A stretch of DNA of 64,000 nucleotides, from the IMG/VR virus record IMGVR_UViG_2920277478_000005, positions 687 to 64,686 of that record. One strand, written 5' to 3'. The stretch comes from a virus (taxonomy: Duplodnaviria; Caudoviricetes). Of this stretch, positions 36,325-44,454 are shown in pieces. Made by a program: the position numbers and the translations under genes. How positions within the stretch are numbered: the stretch's first letter is position 1; every line of letters starts with the position of its first letter. Below the pieces are notes generated by a model. The model searched no databases, was not told the DNA's origin, and was given only the letters and a program-made list of their open reading frames with translations.

Positions 36325-37693
36325 AGCGTCTCTCCTTTCCGGAAGCGGCCAAGGCGATAATTCCGCTCAACAGGACTGTCAGCAAGCTTCCTAGTGTTTT
36401 ATATGGTCCACTATTCAAAACGCTGCCGTAGGCGAATACAGGAAGCCCTACAGCCAGTGCAGTAACCACACCTGCGATAATCCCTTTTGCATTCAGTCTT
36501 ATCCCTTTCAGTGTCATGACTGTTGGAAGTAATGTTGACGCCCTCAGTGTGCCATAAAACAGAAACAGATGTGTCACTGTAATTCCCGGGATATTTGCAA
36601 TCAGAATGCCAGCAATCAGAAGCACTGCCATTGCAGCTCTGGTCTTCCTGATGTCTTTTCCTCCTGCAATATCTGTCGTAAGCGAAGACACTGCGCACAG
36701 GTTGCTATCCACTGTAGACAGCAAGCCGGAAACAATCATGAAAAGGAACGGCAATACTGCCCAGGACGGGAAAAAGTGGCGGATCAATTCAAAATTGATG
36801 ATTCCAAGGTTCTGTGCCTGATATCCTGCACCGGCTCCCATAAATCCAAGGATTCCCATTGACAGCGGAACCATTGCAAAAAGAACTGCTCCAAGAAGAA
36901 ACGCTCTTCCCAGCTTCTCTTTTTTTACTGCAAACGCCCTCTGCCAGAAGCTCTGATCTCCAAACGGACCGGATAAAAGTCCGATTGTTGTCGGAAGCCC
37001 AAAGGCTAAGAAAATCTCTACTCCTTTTCCAGAGAAGAGCGTTGTGCAGTCTCCTGATATACCGCTCAGGCCCTGTATAATGCCCTGTGTTCCTGTATTT
37101 CTTACTCCGAATATTACAAATAGGCTACATGCAATAAGCATGAATACCATTTGAATAGCATCTGTAAGCATAGATGCTTTAATTCCAGAGAACAGCGAAT
37201 AGGAAATTGCTATACATGCAAGCAGAATTGTCATGGTTTTGAACGAAATTCCTGTTACTGCACTAAGAATCTGGCTTCCCGCAAGAAGCTGAACTCCTGT
37301 TGACAGAACAGACAGTCCGATCAGCTGAAAGAGGTAAACTCTTTTCACTCCATCCGATTTGTATTTTTCTTTCATGTAACCAGACAGTGTCATTCCTTCC
37401 GGCATTTCCTTTCGTATCCTCTTTGCGAAAGGAATGAATATCACAAGGCAAAGAGCATTCGGGACCAGAAACCAAAATAAACCGACCCATCCGGTGGAAT
37501 ATGCTTTTTCAGTTGATACAAATAATGCCGGAGCCCAGATCCACGTTGCCGCAATGCTGAGAGCCGACATCAGCCAGTTTTCAGAACGGCTTCCAACGCA
37601 GAAGCGTTCCACATTTTTTTCTTTCTTTGTCAGGATCACTGTTGCCAGGATCATAATAACTGCATATACAAATAATATTGTTACTCCATTCAT
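36314..37693 (-). CDS. Sodium:solute symporter (SSS) family transporter, DUR3/choline-like
   Basis: About 13 hydrophobic helices; SIAATWIW, GPFGDQSFWQRAFA, SGLLSTVDS. Confidence 0.88.
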   Translation of the reverse strand: MNGVTILFVYAVIMILATVILTKKEKNVERFCVGSRSENWLMSALSIAATWIWAPALFVSTEKAYSTGWVGLFWFLVPNALCLVIFIPFAKRIRKEMPEGMTLSGYMKEKYKSDGVKRVYLFQLIGLSVLSTGVQLLAGSQILSAVTGISFKTMTILLACIAISYSLFSGIKASMLTDAIQMVFMLIACSLFVIFGVRNTGTQGIIQGLSGISGDCTTLFSGKGVEIFLAFGLPTTIGLLSGPFGDQSFWQRAFAVKKEKLGRAFLLGAVLFAMVPLSMGILGFMGAGAGYQAQNLGIINFELIRHFFPSWAVLPFLFMIVSGLLSTVDSNLCAVSSLTTDIAGGKDIRKTRAAMAVLLIAGILIANIPGITVTHLFLFYGTLRASTLLPTVMTLKGIRLNAKGIIAGVVTALAVGLPVFAYGSVLNSGPYKTLGSLLTVLLSGIIALAASGKERRYAR

Positions 37694-37767
37694 GCGTAAT
37701 CTCCTCTAAAATATTTTAAAGGAGCATTCCCATCTTTCTATCCTTTCCTCCCTCCCAAGATTGCATT

Positions 37768-37797
37768 AAAAAAGCCACTGGTTTTTCCCCAGTGGCT
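37768..37797 (-). terminator. Promoter-proximal intrinsic terminator
   Basis: AGCCACTGG-N7-CCAGTGGCT-TTTTT on minus strand. Confidence 0.75.
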
Positions 37798-37827
37798 CAT
37801 GGCTTTTGATTAAAATTTTACTCGCAT

Positions 37828-37856
37828 ATCATACACCATTTTCGTTATTAAGTCAA
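37828..37856 (-). promoter_or_regulatory. SigA-type promoter for accessory/late operon
   Basis: TTGACT-N17-TATGAT. Confidence 0.7.
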
Positions 37857-37890
37857 TGTTAAGTTAACAGTTTCCGTTATTCTGATTTTA

Positions 37891-38475
37891 TTAAAAAAAC
37901 TTCAAACCGTCAATTCCGAAAAACAGCGAAGATAAGCGCTCTTTCGCAATTTTGATATCTTCGTATACAGTGACCTTGCTGACCGAAAATTTTTTTGAAA
38001 TTTCTGCAATTGTCATTGGCGTCTTTGATATGTAAAGGGCTTTAATAATCTTATAGCGTCTCTTATCTTTTTCCGATAATTTGCTACAATAGATACGGTA
38101 TACATCAAGCATTTTGTCAATATGCTGCACCATGATAGCGGTTCTTTTGGCCGAAGTTTTGATGCTCTCCACTATGACCTTATCATCTTTCATGGTCATG
38201 ATGTCTTCCAGTACCTCTGTAACCTCCCCTTCCTTGGACTTGTAGACGGCATTTTCGTAGCTCGCCTTTAAAGTTCTGTAATTTCTAAGGAGCAAATCGG
38301 TGTTATGCAAACGACGATCAATCTTCTCCTTCTCGCTTTTTCTCTGCCCTACCATCATTGCATCAGACGCAACCTGTGCGCCGGCAAGGGCAGCCTGCTG
38401 AATCATTGCATCAATTTCCTCTTTTGTCAGTGCTACGAATTGTACTTTTTTCTCTGTGTCCATGCCATACCTCAC
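37891..38475 (-). CDS. Late transcriptional regulator (ArpU/RinA-like, sigma70 region-4 HTH)
   Basis: C-terminal MTIAEISKKFSVSKVTVY HTH; last early gene before late operon. Confidence 0.7.
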   Translation of the reverse strand: MRYGMDTEKKVQFVALTKEEIDAMIQQAALAGAQVASDAMMVGQRKSEKEKIDRRLHNTDLLLRNYRTLKASYENAVYKSKEGEVTEVLEDIMTMKDDKVIVESIKTSAKRTAIMVQHIDKMLDVYRIYCSKLSEKDKRRYKIIKALYISKTPMTIAEISKKFSVSKVTVYEDIKIAKERLSSLFFGIDGLKFF

Positions 38476-38702
38476 AAATATTTCTTTCCTGTTTCCGGAT
38501 CCTCAAATCGAATTCTGTCGCAAAGTTTAAAATTAAATCCTTTTGCCAGACGTTTCACCATTTTCACGAACATATCTGCCTCGTTGTCTCTGCGTGTCCA
38601 GTCAGATCTGAAAACCTGCGTCTGAGGTTTTGATGCAGAGCAAATTGCATCATGAGCAGTCTTGTCCTTGCATCCACTGGCATTATAAAGTGTTCTGTCC
38701 AT
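38472..38702 (-). CDS. Hypothetical phage protein
   Basis: YNASGCKDKTA...DRIRFEDPETGK. Confidence 0.65.
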   Translation of the reverse strand: MDRTLYNASGCKDKTAHDAICSASKPQTQVFRSDWTRRDNEADMFVKMVKRLAKGFNFKLCDRIRFEDPETGKKYL

Positions 38703-38922
38703 GCTGTCCCTCCCTCGATTTTTTTAGGAATCCACTTTTATATCCTTCCCATTGTTGATCGGTCATTCCCGGTCCCAGTAAGTCCCTCACGGTGTCAAGT
38801 GCCTGCTTTGTTCCACAGTCAGGACATATTTCTGTTTTCCGATCCTTTCTTGATACTGCTGGTCTGGTGCTGTACTGCTGCCCACATTCAGGGCATATCT
38901 TTCTTATTGCCATTGTCCCCAC
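38683..38922 (-). CDS. Small zinc-ribbon protein
   Basis: CPECG...CPDCG. Confidence 0.65.
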   Translation of the reverse strand: MGTMAIRKICPECGQQYSTRPAVSRKDRKTEICPDCGTKQALDTVRDLLGPGMTDQQWEGYKSGFLKKSREGQHGQNTL

Positions 38923-39100
38923 CTTCCATATCCAAAAAATCTTCGATGTTCATTTGCCCAGGTACGCTGTAGTTTTCCCAGTCAACAGGATTCCGGTAAT
39001 AATGTGCAGTAAGGCTGTTCCAACATTCCGGTCCATATCCTCTTTTGATACTTTCCGGATCCGTCAGTTTCTTTCCGCACTTCTGGCATTTACTGTACAT
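38888..39100 (-). CDS. DUF6011-like zinc-finger protein
   Basis: CQKCGKKLTDPESIKRGYGPEC. Confidence 0.75.
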   Translation of the reverse strand: MYSKCQKCGKKLTDPESIKRGYGPECWNSLTAHYYRNPVDWENYSVPGQMNIEDFLDMEGGDNGNKKDMP

Positions 39101-39115
39101 ATGGGCTCCCTTTCT

Positions 39116-39337
39116 TTACTCGTCTGTATATGTTTCATACTCTAATCGAGATATTGGAATTACCTTTTCTTCCGGCACATTACACATATCCGCAATGCTT
39201 TTTTTCTGTTTGCTCACATATTCTTCAAGGTCGATAGTTTTTGCGTTAATATCAACATTCAGTCGCATATAACCATCGTCAAAGTTGTATAATTCTGCAT
39301 CCAAGATTTTATAATATGTGCTGACACTGCACTTCAT
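39116..39337 (-). CDS. Hypothetical protein
   Basis: Likely start MKCSVS overlapping upstream stop. Confidence 0.5.
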   Translation of the reverse strand: MKCSVSTYYKILDAELYNFDDGYMRLNVDINAKTIDLEEYVSKQKKSIADMCNVPEEKVIPISRLEYETYTDE

Positions 39338-39654
39338 CGCTTTTCCTCCTGTTTTTCTTCTTCTCTTTTTCCACACATCAGCTCAATAAGCCACTTTTCC
39401 TGCTTAACCAGGTATTCGTACTTCCACTGGAGCAGAGCCTGATCCAGAGCATGATCTGCTATATGAAGCTGCATTTTCACAGAAGAAATTCTCATTCTTG
39501 TTTCATCGATCTGTTTCTGAATCCTCGCACAAATCTCTCCGTACTTGGATGCTTCACTCTCTTTTCTCACTCTTTGTACTGCTATCGCACACCATAATGT
39601 AAAAAACGCTCCTACTGTAGCAGCTCCTGCAATATAAAATAATACACTTCTCAT
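39334..39654 (-). CDS. Membrane-anchored coiled-coil protein
   Basis: N-terminal TM helix. Confidence 0.6.
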   Translation of the reverse strand: MRSVLFYIAGAATVGAFFTLWCAIAVQRVRKESEASKYGEICARIQKQIDETRMRISSVKMQLHIADHALDQALLQWKYEYLVKQEKWLIELMCGKREEEKQEEKR

Positions 39655-40001
39655 TTATTCACCTTCTTTCTTTACTAATTCATCAATTTCATGCCCTATC
39701 GGTTTCCATAAATGCAGGCAGTTTTCAACATGATTTACATATTGGCTCTTCTTTGGGTGAATCTGATACGCTTCCTCTTCCTCGCCAAAGAAAACGTCTT
39801 TCAATACGCACATATCATTCCAGGTTGGGATATTGCATCTCTTTTTCGGTGAAACCGATACATGTTCGTAGCCATTCATGCAGTCCCAAATGACACTACT
39901 GGTTCCGCAATCTGGCAATTTGATCATTGCCGCATGCGCCGGAAATATCACCTGATGGTTCCAAATACGATGGTTTTCTAATATTTTTCCAAGTTTTTCA
40001 A
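39655..40001 (-). CDS. Hypothetical phage protein, 5' end apparently frameshifted
   Basis: YEHVSVS...PTWNDMC...HP...YVN...CLHLW; RBS plus TTG at 40001 is out of frame by 1 nt. Confidence 0.55.
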
Positions 40002-40002
40002 A

Positions 40003-40737
40003 TTACTCGCCTCCCACTATTTTTTCAAGACACTCATTCCATCCATCTTCGTATCCAATTTCATACCCTGTTGCAGTTTTAGGAGCTTTATGTCTTTCAA
40101 GTTTTTTGCCTTTGCAATCCCATTTTATCTCCCGTAATATTTTCCACAATTTTTCTACTTCCGGAGATCTCCACGCAACCATACAATATGTATGTGCGTC
40201 TTCTGAGTAATGATAATAATTTCTCTCAAGATGTTCCCTGGCTTCTTTCTCTGTAAGAAACATCGTGTTTGGGTACATAAATGGTCTGATCGAAATACCA
40301 ATTATCATGGTATCGTCATGTCCATTGTTGGCAAGAAATTCATTCACTTCCTGCGTTGACAAATCCTCATACACTTCTTCTCCATCCTCCATATACGTCA
40401 ACTCGAAATCCTGTGTATGCCCTGTTTCAATTCTACAGTTTTCCCTATCGATATTGTTGCCTGGCAAGATGTTATCATTGAGATACTTCACCGTTTCTTC
40501 CGTTGTACTTGTAACTGTGCTTCCATCTACTTGCAAGCACAGCTCGTCCGGATCCTCATTATTGATCACACTCTCACTGCCTTTAATAACCCAGAAGCGA
40601 GGATCCGCTGTTCCTGTTGTGTCCTGAGTATTCATCTCAAGCTGTAATCTCTTCAGAAATTCTATATCTTCCTGCGAAATATCTCTTTTCTCCGTTGTAT
40701 CTTCATGATACTGCAATGTTTTATGAAATATTGCCAT
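40003..40737 (-). CDS. Hypothetical phage protein
   Basis: NTQDTTGTADPRFWVI...FLTEKEA...AWRSP; start re-called at MAIFHK. Confidence 0.7.
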   Translation of the reverse strand: MAIFHKTLQYHEDTTEKRDISQEDIEFLKRLQLEMNTQDTTGTADPRFWVIKGSESVINNEDPDELCLQVDGSTVTSTTEETVKYLNDNILPGNNIDRENCRIETGHTQDFELTYMEDGEEVYEDLSTQEVNEFLANNGHDDTMIIGISIRPFMYPNTMFLTEKEAREHLERNYYHYSEDAHTYCMVAWRSPEVEKLWKILREIKWDCKGKKLERHKAPKTATGYEIGYEDGWNECLEKIVGGE

Positions 40738-40751
40738 CTTAATTCCTCCTC

Positions 40752-41297
40752 TCAACGCCCGCTCCGCAGCATGCAGAACAGTAATTCTGTCATAGACTTC
40801 GTTCTTATCCCCTGCCTGCAAGGCAATACAATTTCCAACTTCCAGTTTCTATCCTCGCTTAATGGTGTAGGATCATTGAATTCTTCCGTTGCTTCTCCCC
40901 AAAACGGAATAGCAACCATAATGCCGTAATAAGTTGATGAATCCGGGTGCTTTTCACTCATGTAATTAGCAAATTTGCCACTCCGGAAATCTGGCAGAAT
41001 GTCTTTGTAACACGCCATCGTAGTTACAATGTAATTCTTTTCCCCGAAGAAATTCAAACCATTACCGCTATAAACATCCTCTTTGCAGCTCTTGATTTCA
41101 TAGCAGGTGAATATGCCTTTTTCTATTCCTGACACAGAGCATTGATTCGCCGGAGAAAATTCCATGTAGTCCACCCGCCTTGCCTTCGGTGTCCATGGAT
41201 CAATACTAACCTCGCTGGCCCAGTGCGAGCCAGCCCCTCCGAGGCGAGTATCTGTAAGTAATTTTCCGAGGAATTTGGTTGTTTCAGTTCTTGTCAT
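40752..41297 (-). CDS. Putative nuclease-fold (PD-(D/E)xK-like) protein
   Basis: RRVDYM...CYEIKSCKED. Confidence 0.5.
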   Translation of the reverse strand: MTRTETTKFLGKLLTDTRLGGAGSHWASEVSIDPWTPKARRVDYMEFSPANQCSVSGIEKGIFTCYEIKSCKEDVYSGNGLNFFGEKNYIVTTMACYKDILPDFRSGKFANYMSEKHPDSSTYYGIMVAIPFWGEATEEFNDPTPLSEDRNWKLEIVLPCRQGIRTKSMTELLFCMLRSGR

Positions 41298-41300
41298 TTT

Positions 41301-41615
41301 CTACCTCATATTGGGTTTTTTTACCTTAATTGTTTCTTGCAATTCAGGTTTTGTGGTGTTGTTTTCTGCCCACATGCGAAGTTCTTTTGCTCCTGGATTA
41401 TCCTTTTCGATACCATCTGCCAAGTTGCGCAGGACCATAGAAATAATTCCGGCGTCTGCAGTTGCATATGGCGTAAGAGCTTTAATGATATTTTTACTGT
41501 AATAGTTCAAGCCTTCACTAAGCATTTCTGCCCCTTCTTTGTTTTTTCCTTCTTGGACCATTTTTCTGGCTCTAAGGACATAACTCTGCATACGTTTCTC
41601 CTTAATCTTCCTCAT
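41301..41615 (-). CDS. Hypothetical protein
   Basis: ORF in early operon. Confidence 0.6.
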   Translation of the reverse strand: MRKIKEKRMQSYVLRARKMVQEGKNKEGAEMLSEGLNYYSKNIIKALTPYATADAGIISMVLRNLADGIEKDNPGAKELRMWAENNTTKPELQETIKVKKPNMR

Positions 41616-41857
41616 TTCTTTACCACCTTTATCCTTTTTCTTAAATACTCAGCATGTTGATTTGTTACAATATAATCTTCGCACTGCTTACATGTCATAT
41701 CTCTATTTTTCAAGTTCCCATCATACCAATTACATTCGTCACAGACGAAGCAGGCTTTTATCGCTTCCCCTGCACAGTTATCTCCTGTTTCCACATTGTT
41801 TGCACAATGATTACAACGGCATCCTGTGCAGTGAAAAGCATAATCATCTCGGCTCAT
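41612..41857 (-). CDS. Cys-rich hypothetical protein
   Basis: CTGCRCNHC...CFVCDEC...CKQC. Confidence 0.6.
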   Translation of the reverse strand: MSRDDYAFHCTGCRCNHCANNVETGDNCAGEAIKACFVCDECNWYDGNLKNRDMTCKQCEDYIVTNQHAEYLRKRIKVVKK

Positions 41858-42258
41858 AAGCTTCCAGAGAGCATTTTTATACCCTCAAAATAGAAAATCC
41901 ATTTATCCGGTTCTGACATCTGTTTCGGAAAATCCTTCCAGTATTCATATGCTTTTAACAGTAGACAATCAATGGCATGATTTTCTATATCATTCTCTGT
42001 CTTTAGCCACGCACAGTGTTCTCTGCAGTAATCTTTAACTGTCTTCAACAATTCCGCTTTTCCGGCAATTTCAATAAACTCTTTCATCAATGGATAGTAG
42101 TTAATATCTTCGATATCCCCAAATTGCGTTTTCTTGAAGCTTATCCCCCGATACTGTCTACGACCTGTCTGATCTTTTCCGATAAATTCAGATCTGAAAT
42201 TATTACTTGCGGGCTTAAAATCCTCAACCTTGCATACAACACTACATGCTTGATACAT
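41854..42258 (-). CDS. Hypothetical protein
   Basis: ORF in early operon. Confidence 0.6.
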   Translation of the reverse strand: MYQACSVVCKVEDFKPASNNFRSEFIGKDQTGRRQYRGISFKKTQFGDIEDINYYPLMKEFIEIAGKAELLKTVKDYCREHCAWLKTENDIENHAIDCLLLKAYEYWKDFPKQMSEPDKWIFYFEGIKMLSGSL

Positions 42259-42260
42259 TT

Positions 42261-42479
42261 TTATCTCCCTTCCTCATCAAAATCCAGATCAACTCTAATC
42301 ACATCTGTGTTTATTGCAGATAGAGATTTTACCTTTAAATCGTAAAATGGTTTCAACAGTTTTGAACCGGCACTAAATTCATCGTAATCCTCCCAGTTTC
42401 TTCCTGGATGGCATATCTGGACTTTCTCGTCGCTCTCAACATCTGTGTCAATTGTTGCCAATAAATCAATCAGTCTCAT
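42261..42479 (-). CDS. Hypothetical protein
   Basis: Likely start MRLIDLL. Confidence 0.55.
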   Translation of the reverse strand: MRLIDLLATIDTDVESDEKVQICHPGRNWEDYDEFSAGSKLLKPFYDLKVKSLSAINTDVIRVDLDFDEEGR

Positions 42480-42609
42480 ATTCTTCGCGCTCCTCCGCAT
42501 ATTCATAGCTATCCATCATGTCGCACCGGTTATCACAACCGCCTTGTTTCTCGCAGCAGATGCAGCATTCTGTTTCGCCGTCCGGGCATTCTAATTTACA
42601 TCTTCCCGT
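42466..42609 (-). pseudogene. 47-aa Cys-rich ORF with ACG at the start position
   Basis: AAGGAGG-N5-ACG then GRCKLECPDGETECCICCEKQGGCDNRC...; stop overlaps next gene. Confidence 0.45.
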
Positions 42610-42656
42610 TTAGTCCTCCTTATATGCTTTTAAACGTAGCTTTTAAGCTGTTATTA

Positions 42657-42860
42657 TCAATACTCATAGTCAATGCATTCATCCAATTCTGAATAATATT
42701 CTCCATCAAAGCCTTTTCTCATTAACTTCTCCCAACAAGAGAAGCATACAAGTCTAAATGCTATACCATGACAATCTCTGGTAAAATCCATTTCACCGCG
42801 TTCTACTTCTTTATTACAGCAAGGACATATTCGAATATCTCTTTCTATCTGTCTGTTCAT
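42657..42860 (-). CDS. Small zinc-finger protein
   Basis: CPCC...CHG...CFSC. Confidence 0.6.
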   Translation of the reverse strand: MNRQIERDIRICPCCNKEVERGEMDFTRDCHGIAFRLVCFSCWEKLMRKGFDGEYYSELDECIDYEY

Positions 42861-43034
42861 TCAATCAAATCCCTCTTTCCTCATAATTTCTTTTATGCAT
42901 TTCTCACAATAGCAACCTTCCTGCCCCTCTATCTTGTATAAGAAGCACGTCCAGTGCCTGTTCCAGATGCCTTTATCGTCACATCTTTTGCAACTACCTT
43001 GCCCGTTTCCCTCACACCGTATTATTTTTAACAT
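42861..43034 (-). CDS. 57-aa Cys-rich protein (below ORF-track cutoff)
   Basis: MLKIIRCEGNGQGSCKRC...CYCEKC; abuts next ATG. Confidence 0.55.
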   Translation of the reverse strand: MLKIIRCEGNGQGSCKRCDDKGIWNRHWTCFLYKIEGQEGCYCEKCIKEIMRKEGFD

Positions 43035-43118
43035 TTATTCATTTCTCCTATATGCTTTTGGACATATTTTTTAGACTGTTATTGTCAATAGTGGCGAATC
43101 ATAGGAATCGATTCCATA

Positions 43119-43565
43119 TCAATTAGCCTCATCTTTTACCTCCAGTTTTCTTAAATCATCAATCAACCAGCTTTCGTCTTCTGCTTCAATGAAATCAAAC
43201 TTTGCATTTGTTATGCCCTCTAAATACAAATATTTGTATGGGTTTCCGTACATAGACTCAACTTTTCTAGCAAGATATAGTTGCCCTCTTCCATTTCTCA
43301 GCATATAAGTCCATGAAGGATCCAGTCCGTCAAGAAAACTCTTTTCGTCTTTTGTAAGTTTAGGTTTTTCTGTAATATATTCCTTCTGTAACTTATCATC
43401 TTTTTTCTCATTTATTTCACATACATAATTTGTAATAAGGCATTTATTGTTTGCAGTCACTCCTGCAATAGCTCTCAGCAGATATCCCGCAATCTGTTCT
43501 TTTTTTACACTAGATTTTTCCGAGCATTCAACATTAATTGTTATCTTAATATTTTTTTCTTCCAT
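43119..43565 (-). CDS. Hypothetical protein
   Basis: ORF in early operon. Confidence 0.6.
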   Translation of the reverse strand: MEEKNIKITINVECSEKSSVKKEQIAGYLLRAIAGVTANNKCLITNYVCEINEKKDDKLQKEYITEKPKLTKDEKSFLDGLDPSWTYMLRNGRGQLYLARKVESMYGNPYKYLYLEGITNAKFDFIEAEDESWLIDDLRKLEVKDEAN

Positions 43566-43779
43566 AACGCCATTTCCTCCTTGCTTCTGCTCTTTTCATG
43601 CGATGAACTTCATTTTCCAAGGTATTCACCTGTTTCTGCAGATCGTCCACATCGACCAACAGGTAAAAATCCGGCTGAACCAGTCTGGTCGGACCTACAT
43701 TCATATTCATCTCTTTGTGCAATTCCTTGCACTTGTTTTCTCTCTCATGCACTGCTTTATATACTTTCATTATCCGCAC
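43546..43779 (-). CDS. Hypothetical protein
   Basis: ORF in early operon. Confidence 0.55.
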   Translation of the reverse strand: MRIMKVYKAVHERENKCKELHKEMNMNVGPTRLVQPDFYLLVDVDDLQKQVNTLENEVHRMKRAEARRKWRYGRKKY

Positions 43780-44051
43780 CTCTCAAGAATTTCTCTGCAA
43801 ACCCGGTCATATTCCAAAAGCAATGTAAGATCTTTCGTTCTGCTCAGTGGCCGGTCTACAACTTCAACGTAAAACTCTTTCTGGATCATCTGGCCATAGC
43901 TCGCAGAATTATAAACGTCCTGCCTTTTGCAGCTGATTAATTCAGCTACTTCGGATCCAGTGATGGAATACTCCATCACTGTCCCATTCCTTTTGCATAA
44001 GTTATATAACGCCTTCGCCATATTAATCACCCGTAATAAATTTCGCTGCAT
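43770..44051 (-). CDS. Hypothetical protein
   Basis: ORF in early operon. Confidence 0.55.
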   Translation of the reverse strand: MQRNLLRVINMAKALYNLCKRNGTVMEYSITGSEVAELISCKRQDVYNSASYGQMIQKEFYVEVVDRPLSRTKDLTLLLEYDRVCREILERCG

Positions 44052-44233
44052 CCATCATCGGAAAACTCAACTTCTTCCAGCTTCCAACCATCGCGCTGGA
44101 ATTCTCCTCGATATGCTTTTTCGTAATGGTTTTTTACGATTTTTTCAGCCTCTTGCATGTCTTTTGCTTTAACAATTCCGACTATAGTTTCGCATCGGAA
44201 TCCATCATGCTGATAATATCTATACAAATTCAT
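44027..44233 (-). CDS. Hypothetical protein
   Basis: ORF in early operon. Confidence 0.55.
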   Translation of the reverse strand: MNLYRYYQHDGFRCETIVGIVKAKDMQEAEKIVKNHYEKAYRGEFQRDGWKLEEVEFSDDGCSEIYYG

Positions 44234-44248
44234 TTATTTCATCCCCTT

Positions 44249-44452
44249 TCAGCTGTGCGTGGCAATAAAGTTTTCCATCGCCCATCTATTTCCAGTAGCA
44301 GCCACCTGTGCTCTGGTTCGCTCATACGGGCTGAGAGGTCTTCCAGATGTTCTCCTGGTTCCTTCCGCCGGAAGAAGTCCCTTCCGGCGAAGATTTGCAA
44401 GTTCCTCTGGTGTTGCGTCTTTGATATCTTTTACTGATATGATCTCAATCAT
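44249..44452 (-). CDS. Hypothetical protein
   Basis: YERTRAQVAATGNRWAMENF. Confidence 0.65.
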   Translation of the reverse strand: MIEIISVKDIKDATPEELANLRRKGLLPAEGTRRTSGRPLSPYERTRAQVAATGNRWAMENFIATHS

Positions 44453-44454
44453 GT

